Below, piece by piece: positions 1-8,624 of a stretch of 48,898 bases of DNA (the stretch's first letter is position 1; each line of letters starts with the position of its first letter). Under the pieces are notes generated by a model that was given only the letters and a program-made list of their open reading frames with translations, was not told the DNA's origin and made no database searches. Source of the DNA: Spirochaetales bacterium (lineage in GTDB: Bacteria; Spirochaetota; Spirochaetia; DSM-27196; SKKC01); contig JBKGYS010000003.1 in the NCBI GenBank assembly GCA_046545955.1, forward strand, positions 1 to 48,898, given 5' to 3'. The translations under genes were made by a program, and so were the position numbers.

Positions 1-322
1 GAGCGCATAGTGCTGCAGCACGCGGTTTCGTTGCATCTGTCTCATAGAGTTCTGATATTCGGAAATAAGACGGTCATCTTTTAAACCCGCGTACCGCACT
101 TGGACAAATCACTGTTCGCGCTTATCTTGCAACGACAACTGTTCAGCAGGAAGTTTCTGCGGTGATATCCACGCCAGACCCTTACGCGAACCTCGCTTCG
201 CACGTTCCGATTCGCGCACCGCGACCGTGCATGGCATGGCCTCCAAAGGCGTTTTTATGAGCGCAGAGCGCGCGATTTATGCGTTCCTGTTATCCACGGT
301 CGCACCGCGAATGCATTTCGGC

Positions 323-373
323 TTCTTACACCCCATAGGTTCTTACATCCCATAGGTTCTTACACCCCGTAAG
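323..373. repeat. 3 x 17-bp tandem direct repeat
   Basis: TTCTTACACCCCATAGG (323-339), TTCTTACATCCCATAGG (340-356), TTCTTACACCCCGTAAG (357-373); intergenic, just past the stop of the 382..1167 gene. Confidence 0.9.
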
Positions 374-381
374 AGCGACGT

Positions 382-1167
382 TCAGGATATCGCCTCGGCG
401 TTTTCCTTTTCCGCTTCATAGTTCTGCGAGCGTTCATCCGGGACTCGCGCTGCGAGCGCCCGGCGTGCGACGATTGTAATGCGCACCGTTGCGATGAGCG
501 TAGCGATGAGCCCCACAATATACATGATCCACTCGCCGGTTGTCGTTGTCTGCTGCGCTGCCCCGAGTTCGGCGAAGCGCTGTACGAGCGATCCGATATA
601 GGCGTACAAAAGAATCCCGGGGAGCATTCCGATCCAGGATGCAAGAACGTACGCGCCGAGCCGTACCTTTGTCAGTCCGTAGATGTAGTTGGAGAGGTTG
701 TACGGTACCAACGGTGAGAGACGAAGCAGCAATACGATGCGACCGCCTTCCCGCTCTACCGCTTCATCGACCGCTTTCAGTTTCGGACTCGCGCTCACTC
801 TTTTTTCGACCCAGCCCCGCATAAGCGTACGGCCGAGCAGGAATGCGAACGTAGCGCCGATCGTCGCACCCACCGATGTGTAGATCGCACCGGGCACCAC
901 GCCGAATACTGCTCCGGCGCCGAATGTCAGGATCGACCCCGGAATAAGCAGGACCGTGATCGCCACGTACAGGATAGCGAACAACACGGGCCCCCAGAAG
1001 CCGAGCCCCTCGACCCATCTCAACGCCTGCTGTAGATAGGCCGGAACCTCTAAAACGTAGCCGACTGAAAGCAAGGCGGCTAGTACCGCGACCGCTACGA
1101 TAACCCGCACCGTATCGCGACCTCGCGTACTGTCTCTTTCGGATGCTTGATTTTCAAGACCTGCCAT
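382..1167 (-). CDS. TVP38/TMEM64 (DedA/VTT, SNARE-associated) family membrane protein
   Basis: Multiple TM helices; family motifs IPGSILTFGAGAVFG, GATIGATFAFLLGR, LLRLSPLVPYNLSNY, SWIGMLPG; AGGAG RBS upstream. Confidence 0.9.
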   Translation of the reverse strand: MAGLENQASERDSTRGRDTVRVIVAVAVLAALLSVGYVLEVPAYLQQALRWVEGLGFWGPVLFAILYVAITVLLIPGSILTFGAGAVFGVVPGAIYTSVGATIGATFAFLLGRTLMRGWVEKRVSASPKLKAVDEAVEREGGRIVLLLRLSPLVPYNLSNYIYGLTKVRLGAYVLASWIGMLPGILLYAYIGSLVQRFAELGAAQQTTTTGEWIMYIVGLIATLIATVRITIVARRALAARVPDERSQNYEAEKENAEAIS

Positions 1168-1199
1168 GAACGTACTCCTATGTAGTATTCCCGCTATCC

Positions 1200-2642
1200 C
1201 TATTGCTGCACCGGCCCTGTTCCCCGGTAGCGGAACAGGGCTCGAAGTATTGACCGCGTTCTCCTGTTAAACAGTTTCGGAGCGAGCTCGTTGGAGACGG
1301 CCCGCCCATAGACTTCACCCATCGTAGGATACGGAGTAAGCGCTTTACGAAACTGCCCGAGCTTCCATTTTCCATTGACCGCGTGAAGCGCCGGACCGAT
1401 AAGCTCGCCCGCTGCCTTCGAAGCAATCTGGGTCCCTATCACCCGGTCCTTCGCATCGAGTACGATTTTCAGGAGTCCGTCTGCGCTCTCCTCTGCGTGA
1501 GCCCGGTCGACCGCCGCAAACGACTGGGTTACCACCCGGTGCGTTATTCCCGCTTCGAGCGCCGAGGCTTCACTATAGCCGACATTGGCGAGCTCGGGGT
1601 CGGTATAACTCACCCAGGGCACCTTGGTGTAATCGACACGGCCGCCGGCGTGGAGCGCCACGCGGCGAACGACCGCGCTCGCCTCCATACCCGCGACATG
1701 GGTAAACGGAAATTTTCCGTTCGCGTCTCCGATCGCGTAAATGTGAGGCACCGAGCTCTGTAGCTTGTCGTTTACCGCTATGGCGCCGCGCTCTGTGGCT
1801 ACACCGGCTGCTTCGAGATTAAGGGTATCCACGTTAGCCTTTCGTCCCGCGGCGACGAGAAGCTGCTCGGCCTCGAGTACCGTTTCGCCGTCGGAGGTCT
1901 CGACGTGAAGCACCTTAACCCCGCCGCGCGACTCGACCTTGGTGAGCTTGCTGCCGGTCAGCAGATGAATGCCTTCCCGCTCGATGCGCTCGGCGACAAT
2001 CGCCGCTGCATCCTCGTCGTCGCGCGGCAGTATTCTCGGCGCCATTTCTATGATACTCACCTTGCTTCCGAGCCGGCGGTAAGCCTGACCAAGCTCCACT
2101 CCTATCGGGCCCCCGCCCATGATCGCGAGGGATTTCGGAAGGTTTTCCATGCTGAACATGTCACGGTTGGTAAGATATCCACTTTCGGCAAGACCGGGAA
2201 TCGGCGGAATCGCCGCGCGGCTTCCGGTTGCCACGACAATGTTCCTGGCGCTGAGGCGGATACTATCGACCTCCACTTCATTCGAAGACCGGAATTGCGC
2301 CTGCCCGAGAAACACCTCGACGCCGAGCGAGCGGAAGCGCTCGGGTGAATCGTGGTGCGCGATTTTCGATACAACACCGGCGATGTGGCGATTGACGGCG
2401 GCCATATCCGGCTCGGGAGCCCGAACCGCGCGGTCGACGAAGCGACTAACGTCGTGCACGCTTCTGAACTGTGAAGCTACGTGCAGAATCGTCTTACTCG
2501 GAACACACCCGAAGTGCAGGCAGTCGCCGCCCATGTGCTCGCGCTCGATTACGGCTGTTTTCATGCCAAGCTGCCCGCAGCCGGAGGCAACCGTCAAGCC
2601 GGCAGCCCCGCCGCCGATTACTATGATATCGTGTGTGTACAC
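1200..2642 (-). CDS. FAD-dependent pyridine nucleotide-disulfide oxidoreductase (Lpd/MerA-like)
   Basis: GxGxxG (IGGGAAG), redox disulfide GGDCLHFGCVPSK, IVVATGS, NAD site MGGGPIGVE, IYAIGD, YTDPELANVG; GTG start with AAGGAG RBS; no C-terminal Cys-Cys pair. Confidence 0.9.
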   Translation of the reverse strand: MYTHDIIVIGGGAAGLTVASGCGQLGMKTAVIEREHMGGDCLHFGCVPSKTILHVASQFRSVHDVSRFVDRAVRAPEPDMAAVNRHIAGVVSKIAHHDSPERFRSLGVEVFLGQAQFRSSNEVEVDSIRLSARNIVVATGSRAAIPPIPGLAESGYLTNRDMFSMENLPKSLAIMGGGPIGVELGQAYRRLGSKVSIIEMAPRILPRDDEDAAAIVAERIEREGIHLLTGSKLTKVESRGGVKVLHVETSDGETVLEAEQLLVAAGRKANVDTLNLEAAGVATERGAIAVNDKLQSSVPHIYAIGDANGKFPFTHVAGMEASAVVRRVALHAGGRVDYTKVPWVSYTDPELANVGYSEASALEAGITHRVVTQSFAAVDRAHAEESADGLLKIVLDAKDRVIGTQIASKAAGELIGPALHAVNGKWKLGQFRKALTPYPTMGEVYGRAVSNELAPKLFNRRTRSILRALFRYRGTGPVQQ

Positions 2643-2670
2643 CGCGCCATCTCCTTTTCGTGTATTTGCA

Positions 2671-2699
2671 ACTATACGTTAATTGCTGCGACGCTCCAA
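2671..2699 (-). promoter_or_regulatory. Candidate sigma70 promoter for the oxidoreductase-TVP38 pair
   Basis: Minus strand TTGGAG-17 bp-TATAGT, about 30 nt upstream of the GTG start, in a locally AT-rich patch. Confidence 0.45.
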
Positions 2700-3012
2700 G
2701 ATGCATCTCGCCATAAGTTAAGGAAAGAACACGGCGTATAGCGATAGTATCCACCCCGCGCGCGCCGAAGCGGCCGAACGATACCGGGCTGGTCACCGGC
2801 ATTGTGATCAAAGCGCTTCGGCCGGAAGCGCGCGAAGCGCAAGCGCAAGCGCACTGTCAAACCATCAACATCAGTTTCATACTGATACGCGGGCAAAGTC
2901 GAACGCAGGCCGAAACGAAATCCGGAACTCGAGACGTCCGCGTACTGCGGTTATGGTGCGAGTGAGCCTGTTCGCCTCGCCAAGCGCCCCGCGGTGTCTA
3001 CCGTGGGAGCGA

Positions 3013-3426
3013 TCAGGAACCGTCTGCCCGCCCTATGTTTATCTCCGAGAGGTAGTCTTCACGGAAGGCTTTCGCGCCCTCGAAATCCTCCGGAGCAGCG
3101 GTATCGTTCATCGCTTTCACGCGCACGGCCGTTCCGTAGACGAAAAGCTCGGCCGCCTGCTGGGTTACTGCGCTCGTCGAAAACCGCACATTTACAATCG
3201 CGTTTGCTCCGAGGTACTCAGCCTGGTCGAGCATACGACGTACCGCCTCGTGGCGAGCCTCGTTTATGAGCTGCGTGTACGCGCGTATTTCGCCTCCGGC
3301 GATGTTCTTGAACGCCGCGGCGATGTCCCTGCCGATGTGCTTTGCGCGCACGGTGTTTCCCTGCACGATCCCGTACACGACCTCAATTTCGTAACCGGTA
3401 ATCGACTCGGTATTTACTACAAGCAT
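3013..3426 (-). CDS. ybjQ: YbjQ/UPF0145 family protein (putative heavy-metal binding)
   Basis: MLVVNTESITGYEI..YGIVQGNTVRAKHIGRDIAAAFKNIAGGEIRAYT...GANAIVNVRF...ELFVYGTAV is the UPF0145 signature; about 30-aa C-terminal extension. Confidence 0.9.
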   Translation of the reverse strand: MLVVNTESITGYEIEVVYGIVQGNTVRAKHIGRDIAAAFKNIAGGEIRAYTQLINEARHEAVRRMLDQAEYLGANAIVNVRFSTSAVTQQAAELFVYGTAVRVKAMNDTAAPEDFEGAKAFREDYLSEINIGRADGS

Positions 3427-3444
3427 ATTTCCAGCTCCTTTTTC

Positions 3445-3539
3445 CGCGCGGAGGCGCCTCGCTCGGGTCGCCGAACGCCGCGAAACCCCTTCCGCGCGCG
3501 GAGGCGCCTCGCTCGGGTCGCCGAACGCCGCGAAACCCC
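3445..3539. repeat. Two identical 45-bp direct repeats (50-bp period)
   Basis: CGCGCGGAGGCGCCTCGCTCGGGTCGCCGAACGCCGCGAAACCCC at 3445-3489 and 3495-3539; contains palindrome GAGGCGCCTC. Confidence 0.9.
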
Positions 3540-3696
3540 GCGCATTTTCGACCGGACCCGGATCGCGGCCGGCTCGGTCGCAGTTGAGTGCAAGGATAGC
3601 TCACACGATGTTACTTCACCAGTCACGAATCCCGGCGGGTCACCGGGCAGATCGCTTGAAATCGCCCATACTTCCGCGATAAACTCATGTCTGTAG

Positions 3697-4113
3697 ATGA
3701 GCATTACCAACCCTGATATTGCAACTGCACTCGAGGCGCTGCGGAAAACACTCACATGGTTCAGATCCAATCCCGATCTTCGACGGTATTGCGCGATAAG
3801 CTCAATGGACGAGCAGAAGTTGCGGCTTATCGACCGTCTTCTCTCCGAAGGCCTCGGGCACGGTATGGACAGCGTGGATGAGGATGAAATACGGGCGATC
3901 ATCGAGGCGGCGCTCGCGCTCGAACGAACAGTGAACTCTGAGATCCTTCCGGTTATCCACATGCGCATTTCGCAGCGGGGGCCGGCTCGCAGTAAGGAGT
4001 CGGTCACCCGGCTTCGTATGACCCTCGACTCAATTGAGCCGAATACCACCCGGCTCGTTCAGGAGGTCTGCGCGTTGCGGGTAGCCGCATTGTCGTCGAC
4101 TACCGCCGCGTAG
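3697..4113 (+). CDS. Hypothetical protein (helical, 138 aa)
   Basis: ATG-start ORF with protein-like composition filling the gap between ybjQ and the CN-hydrolase; no recognised motif. Confidence 0.55.
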   Translation: MSITNPDIATALEALRKTLTWFRSNPDLRRYCAISSMDEQKLRLIDRLLSEGLGHGMDSVDEDEIRAIIEAALALERTVNSEILPVIHMRISQRGPARSKESVTRLRMTLDSIEPNTTRLVQEVCALRVAALSSTTAA

Positions 4114-4155
4114 ACGGTTTCAAACTGCGCTATATTCGCGATAGGCTAAAGGTCG

Positions 4156-5187
4156 ATGCTTTTCCGCAGCACGATCGGCGTTCTCATTCTACTCTCAGCG
4201 GCGATACCGTCGTTTACCGGCGAACCCCCGAACGGGCTCACCGTATCCGCGGTACAGTTCGAGATGGACGAGCACACGGCGGTAGATCGCCAGGCCCTCG
4301 AGGATGAAATCGCCTCTGCTGTCGAAACCGCAGCCGAGGACAATGCCGACCTTGTCGTATTTCCCGAGTACATTAACGTCTTTGCCGCGCTTTCGGATGA
4401 CGAGCAGCTCATCGAGGCGTTCGCCGGGATGGATTTCTCCGCGGAAAACCTGCAGGCCGACGGTCGAGGGCGAGCCGCCGACGGCGGCGAGTCCGGTAGC
4501 GGGGGAGGCTCCGGCGACAACCTTGTACGCGCGCTGCTCGCGAGCGTATACCGGCACACCGGTCACCGGTCTCTGCGCTCGCTTTTCGCAGCTCGCGCCG
4601 AGGGCGTATCGCGCTGGATGGACGAAGCCTACGGTGAGGCGGCCGAACGGCACGATCTTCACATCGTAGCGGGGACCTACTTCGCCTTCGAGGAGAACGG
4701 TAGTCGCGCGAGGCTTACCAACCGCGCCGTTGTGTACGCCCCGGACGGGACGCGCAGCTACGAACAGGACAAGGTGTATCTCACGGCGTTCGAACGGGAT
4801 CTTCTGAACCTCGACGCGGCCGAAGTGGAGGACGCCTCCGGTTTCGCGGTCGACGGCTGGTCGGTGGCGCTCACGATCTGCCGCGACACATACTTCGATC
4901 CGTGGAACGATCACCACGCCGACCGCGATCTCTGGATCGATCTTCGCGGTGAGGGAACCGAATACACGGCCGACGTCCGACGCCGGCTCGAGGACGCGGT
5001 TCCCGAGCGGATTTCCGAGACTGATGTTCCCTACGGCCTTACCGTCTTCCTCGCGGGCGAGTTCCATGGGCTGTACTGGGAGGGGCGCAGCGCCTTCGTC
5101 GAGGAGTCCGACGACTCGGTGCAGCCGATTTCTCAGGCGGATGCGAGCGCCGAACACGATATTATTTCTACGACACTCGGTCGCTAG
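4156..5187 (+). CDS. Carbon-nitrogen hydrolase (nitrilase superfamily), predicted exported
   Basis: Glu-Lys-Cys triad motifs ADLVVFPEY, YEQDKVYL, LTICRDTYF; LHIVAGT and NRAVVYAPDG; N-terminal signal-like peptide. Confidence 0.85.
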   Translation: MLFRSTIGVLILLSAAIPSFTGEPPNGLTVSAVQFEMDEHTAVDRQALEDEIASAVETAAEDNADLVVFPEYINVFAALSDDEQLIEAFAGMDFSAENLQADGRGRAADGGESGSGGGSGDNLVRALLASVYRHTGHRSLRSLFAARAEGVSRWMDEAYGEAAERHDLHIVAGTYFAFEENGSRARLTNRAVVYAPDGTRSYEQDKVYLTAFERDLLNLDAAEVEDASGFAVDGWSVALTICRDTYFDPWNDHHADRDLWIDLRGEGTEYTADVRRRLEDAVPERISETDVPYGLTVFLAGEFHGLYWEGRSAFVEESDDSVQPISQADASAEHDIISTTLGR

Positions 5188-5472
5188 ATAGATATCGGGC
5201 TTTCGCAGTATCCTGCTGCGTAGAGCGAATGCACATTGCAGAGGCGAGACCCAGGTACTGAGAGCGGGATCGGCGAAGGGAACACTCGGCGTTTCTGAAG
5301 GAGATATCGGAACGTTCGAAACCGCTCCGTGTCACGCACAACGAATGTATCTCCGCGATCGTCACCCTGCTCGAAGCGCGTTGAAATCGAGCACGTCCCC
5401 GCGGTGAACGGTGGAAATACCAGCTGGTCTCTGTTGACCGGCCGAGAGTGAGAGCGTAACATTTACAATGTT

Positions 5473-7233
5473 GTGCCGAAAGGGAACGAAGACAACGTTA
5501 TCAGAGGCATCACGCTTGCGCCGGGAAACGCGGTCGGTCCGCTCCTGCAGTTCGACGTGGACCCGCATCGCCATGAACCGGACACCGTCCCCGAGGATGC
5601 ATCGATCACCGCCGCGGTGGAACGACTCGAGCGAGCCCTCGCGCGTACGCGCGATCAGCTCAACGAGCTCATCGGAAGCAGCTGTAACCGCTTCAGCGAT
5701 ATAGTCGAGCTTGTTTTTCGCGCCCACCTTCTCATGCTCGACGACGAGGACTTCTCCGGCGAAATCCAGCGACTCGTTTCCGAGGGCATGGCGCCCGAGC
5801 GCGCGGTGACCAACACGATTAAAGCGCTCGTCGAGGTGTTCTCCGAGCACGACAACCAACGTACGGTGGAAAAGTCCGAAGACGTCCGCGATCTCGGATA
5901 CCGATTACTTGCGAATCTACCGCACGAACCGCCGGGACGCGCGTTCGTCTCCGGGCGTATTGTGATACTGACGGATGTGTTCCCCTCGGAGCTGCTTCGA
6001 CTTGCCATAGACGGAGCGGCGGGGATCGTTCTCGTAAACATTCCCTTAACCGCGCATCTGTCGATTCTCGCTCGATCGCTTGGGATTCCGGTCATCACAA
6101 CCTGCACACGCGAGGTCCTCAGTATTCCCAACGACACAAAGGTGAATCTCGACGGCGACCATGCCAGACTCTTTCCGCTCGATGCCGACGGCGAGGATAC
6201 GTCCGCTGCCGGCTCGAGCGCCGCACCGAGTATTCGACAGCCGTTCGACCGACGCTTTGAACACGAAACGAAACCGCGTGGAATACACCTGCACGCGAGC
6301 GTAAATATCCTCGCGGATGCGTACGCCGCGCGCGGTATCGCCGAGGGCATCGGGCTTTACAGAAGCGAGTTTCCCTTCATAATTCGACAGGGGCCGGTAG
6401 ACGAGGAAACTCAGACTCGCATGTACCGCCACATTGTCGGACTGTTTCCCGAGAGTCAGGTCACGCTTCGGACCGCCGATATTGGTGGGGACAAGCTGCT
6501 CGCCGGCGCCACGCCCGAGGATAACCCGTTCCTCGGCGTGCGTGGCATCCGCTATTCACTGTCGAACCGACCTATGTTTCGCACCCAGTTGCGGGCAATG
6601 CTTCGCGCGGCGCCTGATACCCAGCTTCGCATTATGCTTCCCATGGTCTCGACCGTGGAGGAAGTCCGTGCGGCGCGAGAGGAGCTCGACAGCTGCATTG
6701 CTGAGCTCGAAAGCGAGGGCGTCCCGCACAACGAATCGCCCCGGCTCGGTGCGATGATCGAAATTCCATCGGCTGCGATCGCTACCGAGGAAATAGCTGC
6801 CGAAACCGACTTTGTCTCGATCGGAATGAACGACCTTGTCATGTATATGCTCGCGGTAGACCGTACGAATGAATCGCTTACCGATCTCTACCGTACGCGT
6901 CATCCGGTAATCGCGCGAACGGTCAGACGGATCGTAGTCGGCGCACAAAAGGCCGCGGTTCCCGTGTCGGTGTGCGGAGAGGCCGCATCCGATCCGCTCC
7001 TGCTTCCCTTCTATCGCGGTATCGGAGTGACCGCGGTGAGCGTTTCCCCGCAGCACCTTGCCGCCACAGCGTCGCTTATCGACCGGCTCGAGGAGTCGTG
7101 GTGTCGGGGTATCGCCGAGAATATGGCCCAAACGAGCACCATGGAAGAGATGGACGAGCTGCTCGGCGAGGTGGCGACAACACTCGATGTGGCTGGTGTT
7201 TCAAAGCCAAATCGACTACGCTCCCAACCATGA
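5473..7233 (+). CDS. ptsI: Phosphoenolpyruvate-protein phosphotransferase (PTS enzyme I, no GAF domain)
   Basis: Phospho-His motif TAHLSILARSLGIP; GIGLYRSEF, RTADIGGDK, EDNPFLGVRGIR, GAMIEIPSAA, SIGMNDL, VSVCGE. Confidence 0.9.
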   Translation: MPKGNEDNVIRGITLAPGNAVGPLLQFDVDPHRHEPDTVPEDASITAAVERLERALARTRDQLNELIGSSCNRFSDIVELVFRAHLLMLDDEDFSGEIQRLVSEGMAPERAVTNTIKALVEVFSEHDNQRTVEKSEDVRDLGYRLLANLPHEPPGRAFVSGRIVILTDVFPSELLRLAIDGAAGIVLVNIPLTAHLSILARSLGIPVITTCTREVLSIPNDTKVNLDGDHARLFPLDADGEDTSAAGSSAAPSIRQPFDRRFEHETKPRGIHLHASVNILADAYAARGIAEGIGLYRSEFPFIIRQGPVDEETQTRMYRHIVGLFPESQVTLRTADIGGDKLLAGATPEDNPFLGVRGIRYSLSNRPMFRTQLRAMLRAAPDTQLRIMLPMVSTVEEVRAAREELDSCIAELESEGVPHNESPRLGAMIEIPSAAIATEEIAAETDFVSIGMNDLVMYMLAVDRTNESLTDLYRTRHPVIARTVRRIVVGAQKAAVPVSVCGEAASDPLLLPFYRGIGVTAVSVSPQHLAATASLIDRLEESWCRGIAENMAQTSTMEEMDELLGEVATTLDVAGVSKPNRLRSQP

Positions 7234-8516
7234 TCGAAAAGACGGTTGCCCTTCACCTTTTCGGGGGGTTTTCGGTAAAGCGCTGGAACGATCTGGTCCG
7301 GCCCATGGAGCTCAACGAAATGGACCGGCGGTCGTTTGCGATGATGCTCGCCTGGTTTCTCGGGAAACTCGAGGAACAGGACGGCCGCGAGGTCGACTGG
7401 GATACGATCATTTTCACCGGTATCTTCGACCTGCTGCGCAAAATTGCCCTTTCGGACATAAAAGAAACCGTCCACCGACGCATCCGTGTCGAGCACCCGG
7501 ATGAATATCACCGACTCAATCAATGGGTCGCCGACTCGGTAGCGCCAATGCTTGCGCCCTACGGACTCGAGTCGCGCTTTCGCGAATACTTTTCCCGTCC
7601 GGTGACCGCGTTGCAGCTCGGGCTCGATCCGGAGCTCGGGCTCGACGGGCAGCGCAACGGACGAATGCCCGTAGAACGCGACCAGACGCCCGCCGAGCGC
7701 GCGCTCCAGATTCTGGAGGCCGCGCGCAGCTACTCGACCTATCGCGAGTTCCAGATCATAAAGGGAGTGAACTCGCACGATCCGCGGATCCCGACTATCG
7801 AGAACCACCTGCGAAAGCGTATGGAACCGTTTCTCGACCTCGCCGGGATGCGCCAGCTTATTCTCGAACTCGACCTGTTCCGCGTCATCAGTGTAACCGA
7901 CCGGCTTCGCTATCAGACTCGCTGGAGCCGCACACCCCGTATTCCCGAAACCGCGGTGCTCGGGCATTCGCTTATGGTGGCCACGTTCGCGTTGCTTCTT
8001 ACCGAGCAGCGAGCACCCTGCCATGCCAGGCGGTATAACAACTTTTTTGCGGGCCTCTTTCACGACCTTCCCGAATCGGTCACGCGCGACATTGTCGCGC
8101 CGACAAAAACGGCAACCCCGGGTCTACCGGAAATCGTCCGAAAGATCGAAGACGAAACGGTCGCCGAAGAGATATATCCGCATATGACCGAAGAGACCGC
8201 GCGTGAGATGCGCTACTTCATCGAGGACGAATTCACGAGTAAAATCAGCACCGCCTCGGGCGTCTCGCCCGTCTCGAGCGAGAAGATCGATGCGCAGTAC
8301 AACAGCGACGACTACCGACCGCTCGACGGAGGAATCGTTCGTGTTGCCGACGAGTTTGCGGCGTTTCTCGAAGCGCAGCAGTCCATTCAGCTCGGCGTCG
8401 CGTCGCAGATTCTCATAGAAGGCGCCACGCGGCTGCACACCAAGTACACGAAGGAAGCGACGGTCTCCGGCGTGCAGACAAGAAAAATGTTCGAGCAGCT
8501 ACCCTTCTCGCGTTAA
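7230..8516 (+). CDS. HD-domain phosphohydrolase (YfbR-like, tandem HD-type architecture)
   Basis: Start reassigned to ATG 7230 (ATGA overlap with ptsI stop); RWND.., RYQTRWS, VLGHSLMVA, FHDLPESVTRDI, VADEFAAFLEA. Confidence 0.8.
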   Translation: MIEKTVALHLFGGFSVKRWNDLVRPMELNEMDRRSFAMMLAWFLGKLEEQDGREVDWDTIIFTGIFDLLRKIALSDIKETVHRRIRVEHPDEYHRLNQWVADSVAPMLAPYGLESRFREYFSRPVTALQLGLDPELGLDGQRNGRMPVERDQTPAERALQILEAARSYSTYREFQIIKGVNSHDPRIPTIENHLRKRMEPFLDLAGMRQLILELDLFRVISVTDRLRYQTRWSRTPRIPETAVLGHSLMVATFALLLTEQRAPCHARRYNNFFAGLFHDLPESVTRDIVAPTKTATPGLPEIVRKIEDETVAEEIYPHMTEETAREMRYFIEDEFTSKISTASGVSPVSSEKIDAQYNSDDYRPLDGGIVRVADEFAAFLEAQQSIQLGVASQILIEGATRLHTKYTKEATVSGVQTRKMFEQLPFSR

Positions 8517-8594
8517 TCGGGCGTTCGACGGCGACCGCCGACGCATTATTCGGGCGTTTTGCGGTAGCGCCCTGGCCGCGTTAATCGAGCGTTC
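8509..8594. repeat. Three imperfect 18-bp direct repeats upstream of the efflux operon
   Basis: CGCGTTAATCGGGCGTTC (8509), CGCATTATTCGGGCGTTT (8542), CGCGTTAATCGAGCGTTC (8577); period 33-35 bp. Confidence 0.7.
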
Positions 8595-8624
8595 AGCCGC
8601 AGCCTGCGGTCGTTTTCCCCTCCC

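Noticed and set aside
1-45. Possible start of a minus-strand gene running off the left edge (MRQMQRNRVLQHYAL)
   Set aside because: Only 15 codons visible, no RBS or recognisable motif; cannot be supported.
323-373. CRISPR array interpretation of the 17-bp repeats (also considered for 3445-3539 and 8509-8594)
   Set aside because: Repeats are contiguous or separated by only 5-17 nt, have 2-3 copies, and no cas genes are present.
1200-2642. Calling the flavoprotein merA or lpdA
   Set aside because: It lacks the MerA C-terminal Cys pair and mer operon context, and lacks the Lpd catalytic His and dehydrogenase-complex neighbours.
2672-2896. 74-aa minus-strand ORF and AAGCGC microrepeat near 2811-2852
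   Set aside because: TTG start, low-complexity RLRLR translation produced by the repeat, and overlap with the likely promoter; probably non-coding.
5184-5462. 92-aa minus-strand ORF, or a lost GAF domain upstream of enzyme I
   Set aside because: No recognisable motif or RBS, and no GAF-like remnant recognised on the plus strand.
6972-7229. N-terminal 86 aa of the 514-aa ORF call
   Set aside because: Overlaps ptsI out of frame; ATG 7230 with ATGA coupling is the more plausible start.
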